From: Enterobacteriaceae bacterium UBA5654
Lineage (GTDB): Bacteria; Pseudomonadota; Gammaproteobacteria; Enterobacterales; Enterobacteriaceae
Length of the DNA: 32,000 nt
Direction of reading: 5' to 3'
Assembly: GCA_002421005.1 (NCBI GenBank)
Contig: DIJC01000023.1
Location: forward strand, 37,735-69,734
In this document: piece after piece, positions 9,304 through 18,600 of the stretch
Numbering within the stretch: the first letter of the stretch is position 1
Layout: each line of letters begins with the position of its first letter
The notes under the pieces: generated by a model
What the model was told of the DNA's origin: nothing
The model's database searches: none
What the model saw: only the letters and a program-made list of their open reading frames with translations
Program-made: the position numbers and the translations under genes

Positions 9304-9327
9304 GTTTGATGGAGAGCATGTAGCCTT
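9304..9327 (-). promoter_or_regulatory. Putative Cascade/psi-crRNA binding site 2 (AAG PAM + seed match)
   Basis: Minus strand AAG|GCTACATGCTCTCCATCAAAC. Identical to psiS at positions 1-5, 7-8, 10-11, 13-14 and 19. It directly abuts site 1 (24-nt units). Confidence 0.45.
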
Positions 9328-9336
9328 AAATATACT
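9306..9336 (+). promoter_or_regulatory. Candidate sigma70-like promoter reading toward cas8e
   Basis: TTGATG (9306-9311), 19-nt spacer, TATACT (9331-9336). The spacer length is suboptimal. Hexamer inspection only. Confidence 0.25.
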
Positions 9337-9456
9337 GCTTTACACCACAAAAATGATGCTGCTATCATCGCCTTCAACAGAAAAACCCCAAGGTTAGGGT
9401 GGTTTCTGGATAAGGAACGTCCAACCCTGGGGCAGCCTGAAGAACTGCATCTTACT

Positions 9457-9579
9457 ATGGAATGGGCGTCCGGGTCACCGGTTACAAGGGCAAGGTTTCT
9501 TATGTTAATTAATCTCGCGCTTAGCCACACAGAAATAGTGCTGCTTTTGGCTTTTTTCTGTTCTGGACTGAAGCGGTAA
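9457..9579 (+). CDS. Hypothetical small hydrophobic peptide (40 aa; 25 aa if started at ATG 9502)
   Basis: MEWASGSPVTRARFLMLINLALSHTEIVLLLAFFCSGLKR. The internal ATG at 9502 has AAGG 6 nt upstream. Too short for statistical support; found by hand, not in the ORF track. Confidence 0.15.
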   Translation: MEWASGSPVTRARFLMLINLALSHTEIVLLLAFFCSGLKR

Positions 9580-9584
9580 CGTCC

Positions 9585-9608
9585 AGTTGGCTCCTTCGGG
9601 AGCCAACT
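9585..9608 (+). other. Perfect 10-bp hairpin with TTCG loop in the cas8e 5' leader
   Basis: AGTTGGCTCC-TTCG-GGAGCCAACT. No T-tract on either side. Confidence 0.6.
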
Positions 9609-9673
9609 TCCTGGGTGTAGTTCCAGCCCTCACTAACTGATTTTGCTGCACTCCCCTATACAGGAGTAACTCT

Positions 9674-11239
9674 ATGGATTTAACCAGGGAAAAATGGTTA
9701 CCTGTTTTCCTCTCAGACGGCAAGAAAACCAAAATCTCGCTCTACGATCTGTTCGATGAGTCGGTGCGGGATGTCGCCTGGCCCCGGCCCGACTTTCAGG
9801 GGGACGGATGGAAAATGTTAATTGGCCTTCTGCAATGCTCTATAGCCCCAGAGGACGAAGACGACTGGGAGGAGGTTTGGCAAGAGGGCATTGAGCCAAA
9901 ACGTTGGACAGAGGCTTTGCAGACTCTTTCGCCTGCCCTACAGTTCGGCGAACAAAAACCCGCCTTTTTGCAAAGCTTTGATCCTCTTGATAGTGAATAC
10001 ATCTCTGTCGCCAGCCTGCTCATTGATGCGCCTGGTGGTAACACGCTCAAACTGAATAAAGATCATTTTATTAAAAGGGGATGCGTTGAGCGCATTTGTC
10101 CTCATTGTGCGGTTATTGCACTGTTCTCCGTTCAGACCAACTCGCCCGCAGGCGGAGCCGGGTATCGCGTCGGAATGCGCGGCGGTGGACCACTTACTAC
10201 GCTGGTGGTGCCTGAAGATGAAGCCAGGTTTCCGCTGTGGAAAAAACTGTGGCTGAACGTTCTGCCACAGGACAATCTCCCCGGCGTCGCACAGTTTCCG
10301 CTTATCTTCCCGTGGCTTGCGCCCACGAAAACCAGTGAAAAACCGGGTAACGTTGTCACCCCGGAAAATGCCCACCCGTTGCAGGCGTACTGGGGAATGC
10401 CCCGGCGTATTGAACTGGATTTCACCCATACCGAAGCCGGAAAGTGCGATTTATGCGGCGAGCTCAATGATTCACTGCTGAGCCAAATGCGCACGAAAAA
10501 TTATGGCGTGCAGTATGAGGGCTGGCGACATCCGTTTTCTCCGTATCGGCAGGCATTAAAAGATGCCTCCGCGCCATGGCTTGCCCTAAAAGGGCAACCG
10601 GGCGGCCTGAGCTATAAAGACTGGCTGGGACTGATCATGGAGCGCGAAGACAAATTTAACAAAATGCAGCCCGCGAAGGTGGTGCAGGCAGCCGGGCGGC
10701 GGAAAAATCTGGGGCTGTGGTGTTTTGCCTGGGATATGGATAATGCCAAAGCGCGCTGCTGGTATCAGCATCGTATACCGCTGTTCAACCTTCCGCGCTC
10801 CACACAGTTTATCGATACGGTTTCTCTGATGGTTTTGCTGGCTTCCGAAGCGCTGTCGCTCCTGCGAAATGCGCTGAAAAGCGCCAGATTTGAAGCGCCA
10901 AAAGAGGCTAAGGTCGATTTTAGCATGGTAGATATTGCCTTCTGGCAGGAGACCGAACCTTCTTTCCGCACATTACTGAATATCCTGGCTAACGATCCGC
11001 AGCGTAAAGAGGTGTTTACCCGCAAGGCATTACGCCAGTGGGAACGCGAGTTACATAGCTATCTGTTTCGCGTTTTTGACCGTGAAGAGCTGACCGATCC
11101 AGATTGCCCCGACTCTATCCTGTTACGCCAAATGAATGCCCGACGTGGGCTGGAAAATAGCTATCGTAAAAATAAAGCGCTTAAGGATGTACTGGCGCTG
11201 GCTGAAGAACAGAAGGAAGCTAAACATGCAGAATCTTGA
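9674..11239 (+). CDS. cas8e: Cascade large subunit Cas8e (Cse1/CasA)
   Basis: 521-aa ORF MDLTREKWLPV..., first gene of the Cascade operon with I-E gene order. SD GGAG lies 8 nt upstream. Confidence 0.92.
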   Translation: MDLTREKWLPVFLSDGKKTKISLYDLFDESVRDVAWPRPDFQGDGWKMLIGLLQCSIAPEDEDDWEEVWQEGIEPKRWTEALQTLSPALQFGEQKPAFLQSFDPLDSEYISVASLLIDAPGGNTLKLNKDHFIKRGCVERICPHCAVIALFSVQTNSPAGGAGYRVGMRGGGPLTTLVVPEDEARFPLWKKLWLNVLPQDNLPGVAQFPLIFPWLAPTKTSEKPGNVVTPENAHPLQAYWGMPRRIELDFTHTEAGKCDLCGELNDSLLSQMRTKNYGVQYEGWRHPFSPYRQALKDASAPWLALKGQPGGLSYKDWLGLIMEREDKFNKMQPAKVVQAAGRRKNLGLWCFAWDMDNAKARCWYQHRIPLFNLPRSTQFIDTVSLMVLLASEALSLLRNALKSARFEAPKEAKVDFSMVDIAFWQETEPSFRTLLNILANDPQRKEVFTRKALRQWERELHSYLFRVFDREELTDPDCPDSILLRQMNARRGLENSYRKNKALKDVLALAEEQKEAKHAES

Positions 11240-11828
11240 TACTGCTACGCTGCGCAGAATCACCCATCCGCAGGCGCAAAAAGCGCTGGTTGACTGGTTT
11301 GCCGTATTGTCCGAGCGCTATGCCGACGAAGAGGGCAAACGCATTAACGGGCGGGCCTGGCGGGCAGAGCTAAAAAGAATGGAGCCGCCTTACGGCGTGA
11401 TGATGTGCGAGGGTTTTCACGCGCTGTACCAGCAACTGAAAGGCCCTATGTCATTGCGTCCGCTGGATAAAATGGCGCTGGCGCTGTTTGTCAGCGTCGC
11501 CGCTCATATTAAGAGCAATAAAGAAAAGCTTAGCTTTGCGGCACAGCTGGGGGAAAAACTCAACGGATCAACATCCTGCGTTTCTTCCCTGCGCTTTGAA
11601 CGGCTGCAAAAAGCGAGCGATCCAGACACGTTTTGCCAGTTACTGATTCAGGCAGTGAAAATCCGTGGTAGCGAGGGAGTGAACGTCCTGTCGCTGGCTG
11701 ACAGCATTTTCCTGTGGATGGAAGAGTGGCAAAGACGGGAGAACCATGAACCAGAAACCAGCCACCCTTTTGATCGCAACCGCATTCGTTGGGCAAGTGA
11801 ATATATTTCCACGTCTCATGGCAACTAA
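11226..11828 (+). CDS. cse2: Cascade small subunit Cse2 (Cas11/CasB)
   Basis: The track ORF begins at 11136. The ATG at 11226 (MQNLDTATLRR...) is preceded by AAGGAAG and overlaps the cas8e stop by 14 nt, which is typical coupling. 200 aa from that start. Confidence 0.85.
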   Translation: MQNLDTATLRRITHPQAQKALVDWFAVLSERYADEEGKRINGRAWRAELKRMEPPYGVMMCEGFHALYQQLKGPMSLRPLDKMALALFVSVAAHIKSNKEKLSFAAQLGEKLNGSTSCVSSLRFERLQKASDPDTFCQLLIQAVKIRGSEGVNVLSLADSIFLWMEEWQRRENHEPETSHPFDRNRIRWASEYISTSHGN

Positions 11829-11849
11829 TTATTTTAGAGGGATTTAATA

Positions 11850-12908
11850 ATGACTACCTTTATTCAACTGCATTTATTGACCGCTTACGCTCCCGCCAAC
11901 CTTAACCGCGATGATTCTGGCAGACCCAAAACGGCCTATATGGGCGGCGTTGAACGCTTGCGCGTTTCGTCGCAAAGCCTGAAGCGTGCCTGGCGTGTGT
12001 CTGAAACATTTGAATATGCGATGGATGGCTACATTGGCAAGCGCACCCGCCGAATCGGTGTAGATTATGTCTTTCGCCCGATGACCAGCGCAGGCATTGC
12101 CGAAAAAACGGCGAAGGCAGCAGCGGAGAAAATTGCCGCTCAGTTCGGCAAAGTAAAAAATGACAAAAACGCGCCAGTCGAGAAAAACCTGGAAATTGAA
12201 CAGATTGTTCATGTCAGCCAGCATGAAATCGATCTGATTAAAAGCCTTGTGGCGACGCTGATTGCTGAAAATCGCGAGCCAACGGACAACGAAGTAAAAC
12301 TGCTACGCAAAGAGAAACGCAGCGTCGACATGGCGATGTTTGGTCGGATGCTGGCGTCATCGCCGGAGTTCAATGTAGAGGCCGCCTGCCAGGTTTCCCA
12401 TGCGCTGGGCGTGAGCGCCGTCACCATCGAAAGTGATTTCTTCACGGCTGTAGACGATCTGAATAACAAAGAGGAGGATGCCGGTTCTGGTCATCTGGGC
12501 GAGCAGGGCTTTGCTTCCGCACTCTTCTATACCTATATCTGCATCAGTCGCGATCTGCTGGTGGAAAATCTGGGCGGCGATGAAGAGCTGGCTAAACGCG
12601 CGATTGCGGCGTTGACCGAAACGGCGCTGACCGTATCGCCGACCGGTAAACAAAATAGCTTCGCCTCCCGCGCCTATGCCACCTACGCGCTGGCGGAAAG
12701 GGGTAACAGACAACCGCGCTCGCTGGCAGCGGCATTCTTCCAGCCGATACGCGATCCCGACCAGATTGCGGCGGCCATCGCCTGTTTAAAACAGCAGCGT
12801 GACAGCTTCGATCGCGTCTACGGGGACTGTACTGACGATCATAATGAATTGAACGTTCAGAAAGGTGAAGGATCACTGGCGGAATTACTGGCCTTTGTCA
12901 GCCAGTAA
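11850..12908 (+). CDS. cas7: Cascade backbone subunit Cas7 (Cse4/CasC)
   Basis: 352-aa ORF MTTFIQLHLLTAYAPANLNRDDSGRPK..., the characteristic Cas7e N-terminus. Confidence 0.93.
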   Translation: MTTFIQLHLLTAYAPANLNRDDSGRPKTAYMGGVERLRVSSQSLKRAWRVSETFEYAMDGYIGKRTRRIGVDYVFRPMTSAGIAEKTAKAAAEKIAAQFGKVKNDKNAPVEKNLEIEQIVHVSQHEIDLIKSLVATLIAENREPTDNEVKLLRKEKRSVDMAMFGRMLASSPEFNVEAACQVSHALGVSAVTIESDFFTAVDDLNNKEEDAGSGHLGEQGFASALFYTYICISRDLLVENLGGDEELAKRAIAALTETALTVSPTGKQNSFASRAYATYALAERGNRQPRSLAAAFFQPIRDPDQIAAAIACLKQQRDSFDRVYGDCTDDHNELNVQKGEGSLAELLAFVSQ

Positions 12909-12917
12909 GGATGAACA

Positions 12918-13643
12918 ATGAAGCAATATCTGGTTTTTCAGCTGTACGCGCCGCTGGCGTCGTGGGGGGAGGAAGCGCCCGGCGAGATGCGCCACTCTGC
13001 CACGGTACCGACGCGTTCAGCGTTGCTGGGGCTGCTCGCCGCTGCGCTGGGCGTCCGTCGGGATGAAGAAGAGCGGTTGAATAACATCAACCAGCACTAC
13101 CACCTGGCGGTGCACGCGCTGTCTGCGCAGGATCGCTGGCTGCGGGATTATCACACCGTCAGCGCTCCGCGTGAGAATAAAAAATATCGCTATTACACCC
13201 GGCGTGATGAGCTATGCCATGCGCCGGATGAGGTCAGTACGCTGATCTCACAGCGTGAATATCGCTGCGATGGTTACTGGCACGTGGCCATCAGTGCTAT
13301 GCCGGGAGCACCATATTCACCTGAAGAACTGCGTGATGCGCTGTTAGCGCCGCATTTCCCGCTCTATCTGGGACGAAAATCCTGCCCGTTGGCGCTGCCG
13401 CTGGCACCGCGTTTAATCACCGGTACGTTAAAAGAGGTACTGGTACAGGCGTCGCAGGAAATCACTGCCACAGAGCTGACCGGTTTTACGCTCAACGAAG
13501 GAATGTGCTACTGGGACGATCCTGCTGAAACTAGCCTGGCCTGGCAGCAGCAACAGCGCAGCAATAATCAGCCGTTAAGCCGCCAGCGCTGGCAGTTTGG
13601 CAGTTATACCCGTTTCAGCGGTCCGCTACAGGGGGAAGCATGA
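12918..13643 (+). CDS. cas5: Cascade subunit Cas5e (CasD)
   Basis: 241-aa ORF MKQYLVFQLYAPLASWGE..., the Cas5e N-terminal motif. Its end overlaps the cas6e start (ATGA). Confidence 0.92.
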   Translation: MKQYLVFQLYAPLASWGEEAPGEMRHSATVPTRSALLGLLAAALGVRRDEEERLNNINQHYHLAVHALSAQDRWLRDYHTVSAPRENKKYRYYTRRDELCHAPDEVSTLISQREYRCDGYWHVAISAMPGAPYSPEELRDALLAPHFPLYLGRKSCPLALPLAPRLITGTLKEVLVQASQEITATELTGFTLNEGMCYWDDPAETSLAWQQQQRSNNQPLSRQRWQFGSYTRFSGPLQGEA

Positions 13644-14347
13644 TGTACCTGTCTCGCATTCAACTCCTGTTCAATAAACTGCAACCGGAGATGTTAGAAA
13701 AATGGGACTTGGCACAACCTTACGCCAGTCACCAGTGGTTATGGCAACTCTTCCCCGAACAGGAAAAGCGCCATTTTCTGTTCCGTCAGGAGGAACGTGG
13801 AGGCTTTTTTGTACTGTCGGCGACGCCGCCGCTAACGCAACATGCGCTGTTTAATGTTGCGACAAAACCGTTTCAACCGCAGTTAGTCGATGGTATGGCG
13901 CTTGATTTCCAGCTACGCGCTAATCCGGTCATCACCCGTAACGATAAGCGCAGTGATGTGATGATGAATGCAAAGCATCAGGCGAAGATGGACGGCGTAC
14001 CAAAGAGTCAGTGGTGGGAGCTACAGCAGCAGGCGGCGCAGTCATGGCTGGAAAGGCAGGGGGCGCAGCATGGTTTTCGTCTCCTCGTGCCAGACACTGA
14101 TGTTTTTGCCGAGTGGGCGGGTGAAGAGTCTACCCAGACGCAGGCGACGGGTAGATGTGTAACAGCCTACCAGCAGCATCGTTTTGTCCGTAAAACAGGC
14201 GAAGCGCCGATCGTATTCAGCAGCGTCGATTTTGCAGGAAGTTTATGTATCACCGATGCTTCGTTGTTTGAACAGGCGCTGTTTTCAGGGCTGGGTAAAA
14301 GCAAAGCACTAGGCTGCGGTATGCTGATGGTGAAAAGGAGGCGCTAA
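13640..14347 (+). CDS. cas6e: CRISPR repeat endoribonuclease Cas6e (Cse3/CasE)
   Basis: 235-aa ORF MMYLSRIQL... ending ...GLGKSKALGCGMLMV (glycine-rich C-terminal loop). Position matches the I-E operon order. Confidence 0.92.
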   Translation: MMYLSRIQLLFNKLQPEMLEKWDLAQPYASHQWLWQLFPEQEKRHFLFRQEERGGFFVLSATPPLTQHALFNVATKPFQPQLVDGMALDFQLRANPVITRNDKRSDVMMNAKHQAKMDGVPKSQWWELQQQAAQSWLERQGAQHGFRLLVPDTDVFAEWAGEESTQTQATGRCVTAYQQHRFVRKTGEAPIVFSSVDFAGSLCITDASLFEQALFSGLGKSKALGCGMLMVKRRR

Positions 14348-15552
<1,205 letters not shown>

Positions 15553-15657
15553 GATCAACGGATTACGAGTTCTTTAATAATAAGGAAATGTTTGAAATAA
15601 GTTGGTAGATTGTTGTGGTTGAAGTATGTGATTGATATTTAGGTATAATTTTTTAGA
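15553..15657 (+). promoter_or_regulatory. CRISPR leader of array 2
   Basis: 105-bp AT-rich non-coding segment between the cas2 stop and the first repeat. Contains a perfect TATAAT (15644-15649) and TTGAAG (15619-15624). Promoter and IHF roles are inferred from the E. coli I-E leader. Confidence 0.8.
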
Positions 15658-18600
15658 GTGTTCCCCGCGCGAGCGGGGATAAACCGCTCATCCTCTGCCA
15701 GCGAAGATGCTCGGGCCAGTGTTCCCCGCGCGAGCGGGGATAAACCGAACTTCCCCCACATCCCCGCCGATAGGGTTGGGTGTTCCCCGCGCGAGCGGGG
15801 ATAAACCGCGCTTTCGAATAACTAACATTCCCGCTTGGCGGTGTTCCCCGCGCGAGCGGGGATAAACCGGGACAATATTATCTGAATTATTATTTAATTG
15901 TGTGTTCCCCGCGCGAGCGGGGATAAACCCATATGCCGTCGGCAGCGGCTGTTCGTGCCTACGTGTTCCCCGCGCGAGCGGGGATAAACCGCCCACTGTG
16001 TTTTCTCCATATAGCTGGCGCTCGTGTTCCCCGCGCGAGCGGGGATAAACCGGTAATCCCGGCCCTGGCGTCGCTGTTATCAGACGTGTTCCCCGCGCGA
16101 GCGGGGATAAACCGGAATCACGGTGGATGAGATAGCCCGGCTGGTGGTGTTCCCCGCGCGAGCGGGGATAAACCGCAACATGGCCTCAACGTCAGTTAGT
16201 GGCAGCAGTGTTCCCCGCGCGAGCGGAGATAAACCGGTGGCGATGCTACTGGCGGTGCTGGAGTGGGGGTGTTCCCCGCGCGAGCGGGGATAAACCGACG
16301 ACACAGCGAATTCTGTGCGGACGTATCGAGTGTTCCCCGCGCGAGCGGGGATAAACCGCACAGGCGGACGCGGTTAAACGTGGCGAGCTGGTGTTCCCCG
16401 CGCGAGCGGGGATAAACCGCGTTCCGTGGGTCACTAACTCAATTTTTGGGAGTGTTCCCCGCGCGAGCGGGGATAAACCGTACAGTGAGATTGCCACCAA
16501 CATGGTTTTTGAGTGTTCCCCGCGCGAGCGGGGATAAACCGCTGGGCAGCATTGAAACCAGCCTGACCGTTAAGTGTTCCCCGCGCGAGCGGGGATAAAC
16601 CGCTGGTACTTTCTTTGAATCTATTATGGGAGATGTGTTCCCCGCGCGAGCGGGGATAAACCGGATTATTTATGAAACGTATTATTATTGGTTCTGTGTT
16701 CCCCGCGCGAGCGGGGATAAACCGTTATCAATCCCGTTCAAATCATCAGAACTGATGTGTTCCCCGCGCGAGCGGGGATAAACCTCGCAACCGTTGCGCC
16801 CGTCATTACGACTCTGGGTGTTCCCCGCGCGAGCGGGGATAAACCGCAGGCCCTTCAGATGGTGCCAGGGCTTTCATTGTGTTCCCCGCGCGAGCGGGGA
16901 TAAACCGAAAACGGACTCGTCCTGAGTTGCGCTATAAAAGTGTTCCCCGCGCGAGCGGGGATAAACCGCGAACAATTCAGCGCGGGCAGCGCATCAGAGA
17001 GTGTTCCCCGCGCGAGCGGGGATAAACCGTGTTGCAGAACACGTTCCCGCACCTCAATGCAGTGTTCCCCGCGCGAGCGGGGATAAACCGGGAGCCGGGA
17101 AAACTGGCTTGCTGCATGGGCTGTGTTCCCCGCGTGAGCGGGGATAAACCGATTGGCAGGACGTAACCGGAACACCACCAACGGTGTTCCCCGCGCGAGC
17201 GGGGATAAACCGGATTATTTTCAATATTCAAAGTCGGCTTGTCAGTGTTCCCCGCGCGAGCGGGGATAAACCGTAATGTAAAAAATAAGTTAATTTTCTA
17301 TATTTGTGTTCCCCGCGCGAGCGGGGATAAACCGCCGGATAAACCGCCAACTATAAACATTAAAACGTGTTCCCCGCGCGAGCGGGGATAAACCGGATAT
17401 TGATTATTGAAATCAACTTGAATCACCGTGTTCCCCGCGCGAGCGGGGATAAACCGTTTTACGGCCAGGCGAAGAAACGCACTGGCGAGTGTTCCCCGCG
17501 CGAGCGGGGATAAACCGCCCAGATCGAGCTGGTAGAGTTCGCGCCACACGTGTTCCCCGCGCGAGCGGGGATAAACCGTAAATCCGGTACGTTTTTAGGC
17601 TGGCCTGAGCGTGTTCCCCGCGCGAGCGGGGATAAACCGTCCCTTTGGTACGACAGTTGTAGGTGTTGACAGTGTTCCCCGCGCGAGCGGGGATAAACCG
17701 CCGTTGTAGATGTAGTCAACGTAACGACGCTGGTGTTCCCCGCGCGAGCGGGGATAAACCGTTCCTTCACGGAGTTAGCAAGCTTATTACTTAGTGTTCC
17801 CCGCGCGAGCGGGGATAAACCGCGCAGGCGGTTACGGCTACTGCGCCTTCGACTGTGTTCCCCGCGCGAGCGGGGATAAACCGTTTTTGAGGCTGACACG
17901 GCTGACACAGCTGACGTGTTCCCCGCGTGAGCGGGGATAAACCGAGATGGTGTACCAGCTGGCGCTGGATACGTTCGTGTTCCCCGCGCGAGCGGGGATA
18001 AACCGTTCGTTTAATTGATCAATCATAAAAACCTCTGGTGTTCCCCGCGCGAGCGGGGATAAACCGGAACAATATTATCTGAATTATTATTTAATTGTGT
18101 GTTCCCCGCGCGAGCGGGGATAAACCGCGCTTTCGAATAACTAACATTCCCGCTTGGCGGTGTTCCCCGCGCGAGCGGGGATAAACCGCCGGTAGCAAAA
18201 TCAATGCGACGACGGGTAAGGTGTTCCCCGCGCGAGCGGGGATAAACCGCGGATGAATGTCATCATCATCAGGGTAGATACGTGTTCCCCGCGCGAGCGG
18301 GGATAAACCGATCATCCATCATCCACTGGAGCGCCTCACGGGGTGTTCCCCGCGCGAGCGGGGATAAACCGCCACCGAAAACAATCCCCGCTAATGCGGG
18401 GAAGTGTTCCCCGCGCGAGCGGGGATAAACCGATATGGAGGTTAAACACTGGGAGCCTGTTTTTGTGTTCCCCGCGCGAGCGGGGATAAACCGCAGCCTG
18501 TGCGCGATTGGTATCCCACCCGTATGTGTTCCCCGCGCGAGCGGGGATAAACCGTTCATCCAGCACCTGCTGCTGGCGAGTGGTGAGTGTTCCCCGCGCC

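Noticed and set aside
9273-9732. 85-aa and 75-aa minus-strand ORFs in the cas3/cas8e intergenic region
   Set aside because: No SD sequence and no recognisable motifs. One overlaps the cas8e start and the other runs antisense to the structured leader. They are most likely chance frames in an AT-rich region. Transcription through here on the minus strand is still plausible.
11136-11225. Upstream extension of the cse2 ORF. Similar 5' extensions occur for surE (27272-27493) and cysD (21441-21446)
   Set aside because: The extensions overlap the preceding gene in another frame and lack SD sequences. The internal ATGs give N-termini matching the known proteins.
17884-17915. Spacer TTTTTGAGGCTGACACGGCTGACACAGCTGAC with an internal ~9-nt tandem periodicity (GCTGACAC)
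   Set aside because: This is a property of the captured protospacer, probably a short tandem repeat in the invader. It has no implication for this locus.
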